From positions 2,437 through 66,436 of the forward strand of contig JAJFFG010000037.1 of NCBI GenBank assembly GCA_021776825.1: DNA of 64,000 nt, in the 5' to 3' direction. The first letter of the stretch is position 1. Each line of letters begins with the position of its first letter. A program made the translations under genes and the position numbers. The notes below the pieces were generated by a model that was not told the DNA's origin, did not search any database, and worked only from the letters and a program-made list of their open reading frames with translations. Origin of the DNA: Planctomycetota bacterium (GTDB taxonomy: Bacteria > Planctomycetota > JAJSAM01 > JAJVHW01). Positions 26,998-36,000 of the stretch are shown one piece after another.

Positions 26998-28707
26998 GTG
27001 AACGAGGCGGACGCCCCGTCGTCCACGTCGTCCACCGGGTCCAGCGGCTCCTCCGCGGCGCCGCGGCTGCCCGCGTGGGCCGCCGAGCTCTCGTCGCTCT
27101 ACGAGAGTGACGCGGCCAGCCAGTTCGTCCTGCACGGGAACGTGCACGATCGCGTCTTGCTGCCGCTCTCCGACGGCCCGGCGCTGGGCGGGATCGTCGA
27201 CTTCCTGCTCCGTGCGTTGATGCCGCGCTTCGACGTGATCCTCACGTACGACCTCGGGAACGGCATCCGGCTCGAGAAGGGCGGCGAGATCTTCGCCCAG
27301 TGGCCGAGCGGCGGGAAGGGGACGCTGCCGAAGCAGCCCCGCCCGGCGGTCGAGACGCTGACGCACTACCTGCGCTATGTCGCGAACCTACACGCGCTCG
27401 GACAGAAGAGGCTCCAGGTGGGCATCGTGGTCCGGGATGCGAGTCTCGTCTGCCCGCGGACGCATGGCGCCACGAGCCACGACCAGGCCGCGACGGCGTT
27501 GCTGCTGCGTGACTGGTCGTCCGACTCGGCCTTCGCCGACATGCCTCTCGCGACGTTCCTGCTCGCCGAGAACCTGAATGACCTCCATCCGATCGTGGCG
27601 GCCAACGGCCGCGCCGCGACGCTCGAGGTGCCGCTGCCCGCGGCGAGCGAACTGGCGGACGGCCTCGGCCTGCTCGCCCCGGGGTTCCCGCGCGCTCTCG
27701 TCAAGTACGCCGACGGTCTCGACGATCTCGCCGCGCAATTGGTCGGCGCGTCGCTGGGCGCCGTCGAGTCGCTCCTCCACATGCACGAGCATCGCGGCGA
27801 GTCGCTCGACGACGGGGACCTCGCGGAACTGAAGAAGGCGCTCGTCGAGAAGGACACCGGAGGGCTCATCGAGTTCGTCGAGTCCACGCGGACGCTCGAC
27901 GACTTCCGCGGCCAGGATCACGTTCGCGACTGGCTGCGAGACGACATCGCGCTGTGGCGCCAGGGCGAACTCGGCGCACTCCCGATGGGCTACCTGCTCT
28001 GCGGCCCCGTGGGCACGGGCAAGACGTTCCTCGTCAAGTGCCTGGCAGGAGAGGCGGGCGTGCCGGTCGTGCGCATCCGCAACTTCCGCGACAAGTGGAT
28101 CGGCAGCACGGAAGGCAACCTCGAGACGATCTTCCGGCTTCTGCACGCCCTCGGCCGCTGCTTCGTGTTCGTGGACGAGGCCGACCAAGCGCTCGGCCGC
28201 CGCGGACAGTCGAGCGGCGACTCGGGGCTCTCGGGTCGCATCTACTCGATGATCGCGCAGGAGATGAGCAACCCGGAGAACCGGGGGCGCATCGTCTGGG
28301 TCCTCGCGTCGAGCCGACCGGATCTGATCGAGGTCGATCTGAAGCGTCCCGGTCGCGTCGACGTCCGCATCCCACTGTTCCCGACGACCGACCCGGCGAC
28401 GGCCGCCGATCTCCTGTCCGCGCTGTGTCGTCGCCAACACGTCGATGTCAGCGCCGCGGACCTGGAGCCGCTGCATGCCGTGCTCCCCGATCTGCTGACC
28501 CCGGGTGCCGCCGAGGCCCTCGCGGTCAAGACGTACCGCGCGATGCGCACCCGTGGACTGGCGCCGATCGACGCGCTGCGTGAGTGTCTCGACGGCTACC
28601 AGAGCCCGGTCCCCGAGGCTGTGTTGGAAGCCCAGATCCGGCTCGCGCTGGCCGAGGCAAGTGACCTCGATCTCGTTCCGAAGGCGATCCGCGAGCGGTT
28701 CGCGTAG
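26998..28707 (+). CDS. Classical-clade AAA+ ATPase with ~300-aa N-terminal domain of unknown function, co-operonic with pspA
   Basis: GTG start 9 bp after the pspA stop. Walker A LLCGPVGTGKTFLV, Walker B FVFVDEADQ, second-region-of-homology SRPDLIEVDLKRPGRVDVRIPL. Confidence 0.8.
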   Translation: MNEADAPSSTSSTGSSGSSAAPRLPAWAAELSSLYESDAASQFVLHGNVHDRVLLPLSDGPALGGIVDFLLRALMPRFDVILTYDLGNGIRLEKGGEIFAQWPSGGKGTLPKQPRPAVETLTHYLRYVANLHALGQKRLQVGIVVRDASLVCPRTHGATSHDQAATALLLRDWSSDSAFADMPLATFLLAENLNDLHPIVAANGRAATLEVPLPAASELADGLGLLAPGFPRALVKYADGLDDLAAQLVGASLGAVESLLHMHEHRGESLDDGDLAELKKALVEKDTGGLIEFVESTRTLDDFRGQDHVRDWLRDDIALWRQGELGALPMGYLLCGPVGTGKTFLVKCLAGEAGVPVVRIRNFRDKWIGSTEGNLETIFRLLHALGRCFVFVDEADQALGRRGQSSGDSGLSGRIYSMIAQEMSNPENRGRIVWVLASSRPDLIEVDLKRPGRVDVRIPLFPTTDPATAADLLSALCRRQHVDVSAADLEPLHAVLPDLLTPGAAEALAVKTYRAMRTRGLAPIDALRECLDGYQSPVPEAVLEAQIRLALAEASDLDLVPKAIRERFA

Positions 28708-28729
28708 GCCGGGTTGCGCCCCGCCCGTT

Positions 28730-29260
28730 GCGGTGGCTCGGTGATGTCGCGTGGGTGGCGCTCGGCGTGCGATGGCGGTCGTCCGGACGGCCATCGGTCG
28801 ACGGCGCACGTCTCCTCGGGACCCTCCGGGACGACGGCTGCGACGGATCTCGCCCGGAGCCGTCCGACCCCCCGGCGTCGTTCGCTGACCGCCATCCACC
28901 CGCCTGGTCCGAGCACCGCGTGTCGGCGGGGCGGACCAGGGGGCCCGTCCCTACGGCGCCGTAGCAACAGCGATCGCGTGGGGCTGGCGGCGGCGAGATC
29001 GGTCCGGAGCCCCACCCGGGGCGGGGCGGTTGCGCGTCAGCGCAAGCGCCATGACGCGGGGAATGAGGCCACGCAGGGGTGCGGCCGACGGGGTGGCACT
29101 CGCGTGAGAGCCCTCGCACCCGCGGAGCCGACCAGAAAGATGGGAGGCGCGGCGATTGCCGCACGCCCCGATCTACGTCACCAACCAATCGCTCTGCAAT
29201 CGACGTGCCCCCCCCCCCGGCGGGGCGAATCAGGAGATCCGCCCGTACGCGGCCTTGGGG
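28730..29260. repeat. Composite palindromic repeat cluster (REP/MITE-like family), upstream flank of the flotillin block
   Basis: Contains ggcggggcggaccagggggcccgtccctacggcgccgtag, ~250 bp ~85-90% identical to 38700-38960 (…ggttgcgcgtcagcgcaagcgcc.tgacgcgggg.atgaggccacgca.gg.tgcg.ccgacgggg…ctcg.gtgagag.…gcagccgcggagccgaccag.aa..atgggaggcgcggcgattgc…), and ggcggggcgaatcaggagatccgcccgtacg. Confidence 0.85.
29208..29218. repeat. Homopolymeric C11 tract in intergenic DNA 87 bp upstream of the alpha/beta hydrolase start
   Basis: gtgccccccccccccggcgggg, counted directly. Confidence 0.9.
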
Positions 29261-29304
29261 CAGGCGACACGAGCGACGTGTCCACACGCTAGCCTCCATC
29301 CCTG

Positions 29305-30021
29305 ATGACCGAGGCCCTCGTCCCCATCCGCGACGCCACGCTCTGGACTCGCGTCCACGGCTCCGGCCCGCCGCTCGTCCTCCTCCACGGTGGCCCCGGC
29401 GCGAACGACTATCTCGACCCGGTCGCCGCCATGCTCGACGACCTTGTCACGGTTCATCGCTACGAGCAGCGCGGTTGCGGACGTTCGACCGCCGGCGATC
29501 ACAACGACGTCGCCACGAACGTTGCCGACCTCGAGGCGCTCCGCGAACACTGGGGACATGACCGGTGGATCGTGATGGGGCACTCTTGGGGCGCCGCTCT
29601 CGGTCTGGCCTACGCCCTCGATCACCCGGACCGCGTCGTGGGCCTCGGCTATCTCGCCGGCATCGGCATCGACCGCGCGTGGCGCCCCGCGTTCGAGGAG
29701 GCGTGTCGGACCCGGCGCGACCTCCCGACCGATCCGCCGACCGTGCTCGATCGAGAGCTCAACCGCGTCGTCCAGGCGGATTGGACCCGCCGCTGTGAGG
29801 ACCCGGAACTGATCGGTCGCGTCGAGGCGCTCGACGTCCCAGCCGTGCTCGTCCACGGCACCGCCGACCTGCGACCGAGCATCTCGGCCCGCCGTCTCGC
29901 TGAACTTCTGCCGCGGGCGACGTTTGTCTCACTCCCCGATGCCGACCACGTTCTCTGGCTCTCGCATCCCGACGCGACGTGCTCCGTCCTGCGTGAGATC
30001 GTCGGCCTGTTCGCGCGCTGA
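29305..30021 (+). CDS. Alpha/beta hydrolase (proline iminopeptidase-like)
   Basis: HGGPG oxyanion motif and GHSWG nucleophile elbow. 238 aa. Confidence 0.75.
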   Translation: MTEALVPIRDATLWTRVHGSGPPLVLLHGGPGANDYLDPVAAMLDDLVTVHRYEQRGCGRSTAGDHNDVATNVADLEALREHWGHDRWIVMGHSWGAALGLAYALDHPDRVVGLGYLAGIGIDRAWRPAFEEACRTRRDLPTDPPTVLDRELNRVVQADWTRRCEDPELIGRVEALDVPAVLVHGTADLRPSISARRLAELLPRATFVSLPDADHVLWLSHPDATCSVLREIVGLFAR

Positions 30022-30274
30022 GGGCGCCTGCGAGATCGTCCGAACTCGGCGAACCACAACGGCTTCCGGCGGTTGGACTTCGCAGGGACGACGATCGCAC
30101 GGCACAGGGCTGCGTGGCAGCGACGTCCACTGAGGTTGGATCGAGGCGCGTTGGGACGGGCCACGATCGCGACACGGTCGTGCGCGCCATCGAGAGCTCG
30201 CAGATCCGGCCGCGATCCGGAGGTGGGAGTCGCGGTAGCATCCGCACCCGCACCCGAAGTCCGGGCGCCGAGGG

Positions 30275-30997
30275 ATGAGGGTGATGCAAGGCTTCCTGGA
30301 GTCGATCGTGGCGTTCCCGACGGTGGTCTTCACCGTTCTGATGGGGATCGCGCTGCTCTTCTGGGCTGTGTCGATGCTCGGCGGGATCGATCTCGACGGC
30401 TTCGACGTCGATCTGGACGCCGACATCGACCTCGATGGGGATGCCGATGGCGGCGCGGCGCACACCGGACTCTTGGATACGCTCGGCCTAGCCGGCGTCC
30501 CCATCAGCATCGCGGCGACGGCGCTCGTGTTCTTCGCGTGGGTCATCTCCTTCGTCGCCTCCAGTTGGCTCCTCCCCCTCGTCGGCGGCGGCGTGGTCGG
30601 CACACTCGCTACCGTGGGCATTGGCATCGGCTCGTTCCTGCTGGCCATCCCGCCGGCAGCGATCTGCATGCGCCCTCTGCGCGGCGCGTTCACGACGCAT
30701 CGCGCTGTCCGCAAGCGGACGCTCGTCGGGAGCATCTGCACGATCACCACTCAGCGCGTCACGGACACGTACGGCCAGGCCGAGATCCGCGACGGCGGCG
30801 CAGGCCTGCTGATGCAGGTGCGCTGCCGCGAGGGCGTCACGCTCTCGCGCGACGACACCGCCGTCGTCTGTGAGTACGACGCGGAAGAAGACATCTACGT
30901 CATCGCGCCAGCCGATCAGCTGAGTGCCGCCGACGTCGTGAACAGCGGACACGAGGCGACTTCCCGGGACTCGGGAAGCGCCCACAACGAGAGGTAG
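30275..30997 (+). CDS. YqiJ/NfeD-like inner-membrane protein (flotillin partner) with C-terminal OB-fold-like domain
   Basis: N-terminal TM helices with acidic DLDGFDVDLDADIDLDGDADG stretch, C-terminal soluble beta-rich domain. Ends 7 bp before the flotillin gene. Confidence 0.55.
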   Translation: MRVMQGFLESIVAFPTVVFTVLMGIALLFWAVSMLGGIDLDGFDVDLDADIDLDGDADGGAAHTGLLDTLGLAGVPISIAATALVFFAWVISFVASSWLLPLVGGGVVGTLATVGIGIGSFLLAIPPAAICMRPLRGAFTTHRAVRKRTLVGSICTITTQRVTDTYGQAEIRDGGAGLLMQVRCREGVTLSRDDTAVVCEYDAEEDIYVIAPADQLSAADVVNSGHEATSRDSGSAHNER

Positions 30998-31003
30998 ACG
31001 GTC

Positions 31004-32998
31004 ATGGAGACCCTCATCACGGTCGCGGTTTTCATCGGAGTCGCGTTCTTCGTCATCGTCGCGGGGCTGTTCTTCTTCTCGCGGATCTACCGCAAGGTGG
31101 ACCAGGGCAAGGCGCTGATCGTCAACACGACGGCAGCCGATCCGGACGTCACGTTCACGGGACGCCACGTGATCCCCGTCTTCCACCGCGCCGAGATCAT
31201 GGACATCTCGGTCAAGACGATCGAGCTCGACCGTCGCGGCAAGGAGGGCCTGATCTGCATGGACAACATCCGTGCGGACATCAAGGTCACGTTCTTCGTC
31301 CGTGTCAATAAGACCACCGACGACGTGCTCAAGGTCGCGCAGGCCATCGGCTGCAAGCGCGCCTCGGAGCAGAAGACGCTCGAGGACCTCTTCATCGCGA
31401 AGTTCTCGGAAGCGCTGAAGACCGTCGGCAAGCAACTCGACTTCGTCGACCTCTACACCAAGCGCGACGAGTTCCGCGATCAGATCATCCAGATCATCGG
31501 CCGCGACCTGAACGGCTACGTCCTCGAGGACGCGGCGATCGACTACCTCGAGCAGACTCCGCTGGAGATGCTCGACGGCGACAACATCCTCGACGCCGAG
31601 GGCATTCGGAAGATCACCGAGCTGACCGCGCGGGAGCACGTTCACACGAACCTGTTCCGCAACAACGAGGTCAAGCAGATCAAGAAGCAGGACGTCGAAC
31701 GCGCCGAGGCCGTGTTCCAGCTCGTGCGGCAGGAGGCCGACGCCAAGGCGAAGCAGGAGCGTGAGATCCGCACGGTGCAGGCCCGCGAGGCGGCCGAGAT
31801 CGCTCGCGTCGAGGCAGAAGAGCGCCTGAAGGCCGAGAGCGCGCGCATCAAGAGCGACGAGGACCTCGAGGTCCAGGAACAGAACAAGATGCGTCAGGTC
31901 GAGGTCGCCGAGAAGAACCGCGAGCGTGTGATCGGCATCGAGATCGAGCGCGTCCAGAGGGACCGCGATCTCGAGGCGATCTCTCGCGAGAAGGCGACGG
32001 AGCTCGAGCGCATCGCGAAGGAGAAGGCGCTGGAGATCGAGCGGAAGGCCATCCAGGAGGTCATCGCCGAGCGCGTCGCGGTCGAGAAGACCGTCGCGAT
32101 CGAGGAGGAGGCCATCAAGGAGCTGCGCGTCGTCGAGGAGGCGAGTCGCACGAAGCAGGCCACCGTCATCACGGCCGAGGCCGAGGCGCAGGAACTCCTG
32201 ATCAAGGACGTCAGGGCCGCCGAGGCGCAGGAGTCCGCCGCGAAGCACGAGGCGAGGAAGACGATCATCATGGCCGAGGCGTCGCTCGAGGCCGCGGACA
32301 AGGAAGCACAGGCGAAGATCCGACTGGCCGAGGGCATTCAGGCCCACGAGGCCGCGAGCGGGCTTGCTGCGGCGCGCGTGAAGGAGGCGGACGCCGTCGC
32401 CACGGAGAAGGCCGGCATGGCCGATGCCACGGTGCGTCGCGAGGTCGGCCTGGCCGATGCGGTCGCCATCAAGGAGAAGATGAACGCCGAGGCGTCGGGC
32501 CTCCACGAGAAGGCTGCCGCGATGAAGGAACTCGACGGTGTGGGCCGCGAGCACGAGGAGTTCCGCATCCAGCTCGAGAAGGAGAGGGACGTCCAGATCG
32601 CGGCAATCGACGCGCAGCGGCAGATCGCCGAGGCGCAGGCCCTCACGCTGGGCGAGGCGTTCAAGTCGGCTGACATCGACATCGTCGGTGGCGACGGCCA
32701 GTTCTTCGATCGCATCCTCGGCGCCGTCGGCAACAGCAAGGCGCTAGATGGCTTCGTCAACGGGAGCGACTCGACACGCGCGCTGGTCGGTGAGTACACC
32801 GACGGCACGCGGAGTCTGCCGGCCGACCTCCGCGACGTGCTGACCAACCCCTCGGTCTCGACCGAGGACGCCAAGAACGTCACGCTGACCGCACTGCTCA
32901 TGAAGCTCATGAGCGGTGCGGATGCGGACACGCGCTCGAAGCTCGCGAAGCTTGCCGAGAGTGCGCGCGACATGGGCCTGATGGACTCGAGCAAGTAG
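31004..32998 (+). CDS. Flotillin-like SPFH/band-7 protein (YqiK-like)
   Basis: N-terminal TM, SPFH domain, very long Ala/Glu-rich flotillin repeat region (EAxxEA heptads). 664 aa. Confidence 0.85.
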   Translation: METLITVAVFIGVAFFVIVAGLFFFSRIYRKVDQGKALIVNTTAADPDVTFTGRHVIPVFHRAEIMDISVKTIELDRRGKEGLICMDNIRADIKVTFFVRVNKTTDDVLKVAQAIGCKRASEQKTLEDLFIAKFSEALKTVGKQLDFVDLYTKRDEFRDQIIQIIGRDLNGYVLEDAAIDYLEQTPLEMLDGDNILDAEGIRKITELTAREHVHTNLFRNNEVKQIKKQDVERAEAVFQLVRQEADAKAKQEREIRTVQAREAAEIARVEAEERLKAESARIKSDEDLEVQEQNKMRQVEVAEKNRERVIGIEIERVQRDRDLEAISREKATELERIAKEKALEIERKAIQEVIAERVAVEKTVAIEEEAIKELRVVEEASRTKQATVITAEAEAQELLIKDVRAAEAQESAAKHEARKTIIMAEASLEAADKEAQAKIRLAEGIQAHEAASGLAAARVKEADAVATEKAGMADATVRREVGLADAVAIKEKMNAEASGLHEKAAAMKELDGVGREHEEFRIQLEKERDVQIAAIDAQRQIAEAQALTLGEAFKSADIDIVGGDGQFFDRILGAVGNSKALDGFVNGSDSTRALVGEYTDGTRSLPADLRDVLTNPSVSTEDAKNVTLTALLMKLMSGADADTRSKLAKLAESARDMGLMDSSK

Positions 32999-33026
32999 GC
33001 GCCGGGATCGACACGGAGAGATCGCG

Positions 33027-36000
33027 GTGAGCGACGCATCTGACGGCGACACGGGCGCCCCCTCGATCGAGCGGGGGACGTACGAGGTCATCCGCGAACG
33101 GCTTCTCGGCAGCGGCCGAGAGTTGTCGCAGAAGGCCGAGGCGCTGAACGCGAGTCGGCTCGAGATGTTCGGTGGAACGCAGCTCGCCGTCAGTGGCAGC
33201 GAGCGCCTGCGGACCGAGAACAACTGCGTTCCCCGCGACATCGTCGCGATCGGGAACCGACTGCTGTTCGGCTACAACGTCTTCATCGGACTCAAGCGCG
33301 AGACGCGCGTCGATGACGTGTTCTCGTTCCAGACCGCAACGGCGCAGAACGGGACGTACGAGTTCTCGCCGGTCGAGGACGACGGCACCCCGAACCCGTT
33401 CGCTGACGAGCGCTTCCGTCACGACTTCCGGGAGCTCTACGCGTACTACAGCCAGGCGCGACTGCTCACGTTGCGCAAGGTCGACGGGAAACTGCTTGCC
33501 GTGTTCCAGGTGGGCCGCAACGTCACCGACGTGAAGGGCTTCCGCTGGGCCCTCGGCGTCGACGGGTCGATCACGTACATCGACAACCAGGCCGACCGCG
33601 ATCACGGCTATCCGCCGACGCACGACTTCGAGTGGACGGAGACGTCGCGGGACGACCACGCCCTCGGCCTGCACCCGCACGTGTCCATTCTCGACGAGGT
33701 GTTCGTCGAGACCGTCGGGGGCGATCTCACGGTCAAGGTCGAGGACAACACCGCCGACGGCCTTGGCGTCTATCGCGAGTCAGTGGTCGACGAGAACCAA
33801 GGGCTCGACGACGCCTCGATTCACTACGCGAAACTCGGCAGCCTGATCCTGATCCGCTTGCTGCCGTTCCGCGAGGAGCAGTGGCGCTACCTCGTGTTCA
33901 ACACGCTGACGCAGCACGTCTCGCGCATCGACCACATCGGCCAGGCGTGCGTCCAGTTGCCCGAGGACCACGGGATCATCTTCCCGGGCGGCTACTACCT
34001 GCAGCGCGGTGAGACGAAGACCTTCGCGGCAGACATCCAGGGCATGCGGCTCGAGCGCACCGTCCGCTCGCCGAACGGCGAGGACGTGCTGTACGTCTTC
34101 TATCGCCAGGAGGACGGCGCGTACGTCCTGCTGCCCTACAACATGATCCGCAAGCAGGTCGACACACCGATCCGGTGTCACGGCTACTGCCTGTTCGAGG
34201 ACGGTCGCATGGTCGTCGTCCGGGCAGCCGGGAGCGAAGCGACGCGGGTTCATCCCATCCAGGTGTGGCAGACGCCGTTCACGGGCGACGTCTTCGCGGA
34301 CGCGCGGGCCACGGGGAACAGCTTCCTCGAGCGGGTCGGCAATGCGGATCTCGTCCGCGGGATCTCCGACTGCCTCTCCGTGCATCGCATGGTGGAGGAG
34401 CAGAAGCCGACGCTCGCGATGTACGAGGAGCTCATCGCCGAGACCTCGCGCGTCTTGGATCAGTACCACTGGCTTGGCGCGGACGACGTCGACAACCTTC
34501 TCGCGACGTTGCGCCAGGTGCGCGAGACGGCGGAGCTCGTCATCGACGAGTTCGAGAAAGTGCAGGCGCTGCGCGCCGAGGCCTCGCGCGTGTTGGCCGA
34601 GGCCGACGAGCGCGTGAAGAAACTGGTCACGCGGCTGCGGTCGGCGGGCTGGAAGGCGGTCGAGAAGTTCGTCGATGCGATGACCGAACTGCGTCGCGAA
34701 CGCGGACGGCTCATCTCGCTGCGCGACGTGCGCTACATCGACGTCGACCGAGTGACAGCGCTCGAGCAGTCCGTCATCGATCGCTTCGACGCCGTGAGTG
34801 CGAAGTCGGTGGAGTTCCTCGTCGGGGCCTCGGCGCTCGAGCCATACCTCGTGCGTGTCGCCGACATCGAGGCCGCCGTCGAGACCGTCGCCAAGGTCAC
34901 CGAGACCGCGCCGCTGACCGAGTCGTTGAACGAGACGAGTGGCGCTCTCAACATGCTCACGGAGGTTGTTGGCGGTCTGGCGATCGACGACGCCACCGTT
35001 CGCACCTCGATCCTCGAGGCGATCAGCGAGGTGATGGCGTCGCTCAACCGAGCGCGCGCGCTGCTCCAGGCGCGTCGCCGTCAGTTGCTTCGCCAGGAGG
35101 GCGTTGCCGAGTTCGCCGCGCAGTTCTCGCTGCTTGCGCAGAGCGTCTCCGGGGCGCTCGCGATGGCGGACACGCCGGAGCGTTGCGACGACCAGCTCTC
35201 GCGCCTCATGGTGCAGCTCGAGGAGATGGAGGGGCGGTTCAGCGAGTTCGACGAGTTTCTCGAACAGCTGACGACGAAGCGCGAGGAGATCTACGAGGCG
35301 CTGGAGGGCAAGAAGCAGTCCCTCCTCGATCAGCAGCAGCGTCGTGCACATCATCTGATGCAGGCCGTCGAGCGCATCCTGGCCGGCGTGGCGCGCCGCG
35401 CGTCCGGGCTCGGCGAACAGGACGATCTGAACGCGTACTTCGCATCCGACGCGATGGTGATGAAGGTCCGCGAGATGGCGGGCCGTCTGCGTGACCTGGA
35501 CGACTCGGTGCGCGCCGACGAGGTCGAGTCACGACTGAAGTCCGCGCGCGAGGACGCCGTACGCGCGCTGCGCGATCGTCAGGATCTCTTCGAGGACGGC
35601 GCGTCCGTCATCCGCCTGGGCAAGCACCGGTTCAGCGTGAACACGCAAGCGCTCGACCTGACGCTCGTGCCGCACGACGACGGCTTGGCGCTGCACCTGA
35701 CCGGTACGGACTTCCGCGAGCCGATCGTCGACGAGACGTTCGAAGCGACCCGCGAGTACTGGGCGCAGGAACTCGTCTCCGAGACGCCGGCTGTCTATCG
35801 GTCCGAGTACCTCGCGTACTCGATCCTCGCGGCTGCCGAGACCGAGAGCGACGGGCTGTCGTTGACGCGTCTGACCGAGGCCGTCGTCGACGACGCCGCG
35901 TTGCTCGCCTTGGTCCGCGAACACGCGGCCTCCCGATACGACGAGGGGTACGAACGCGGCGTTCACGATCACGACGCTGCGGCGATCCTGTCGCGCCTTG

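Noticed and set aside
28714-29292. 192-aa ORF over the repeat cluster
   Set aside because: Lies entirely within palindromic repeats. Arg/Gly/Pro-rich, with no start context.
33780-35354. 524-aa minus-strand ORF inside the giant ATPase gene
   Set aside because: Antisense artefact. The plus frame carries coherent coding bias over 5.4 kb.
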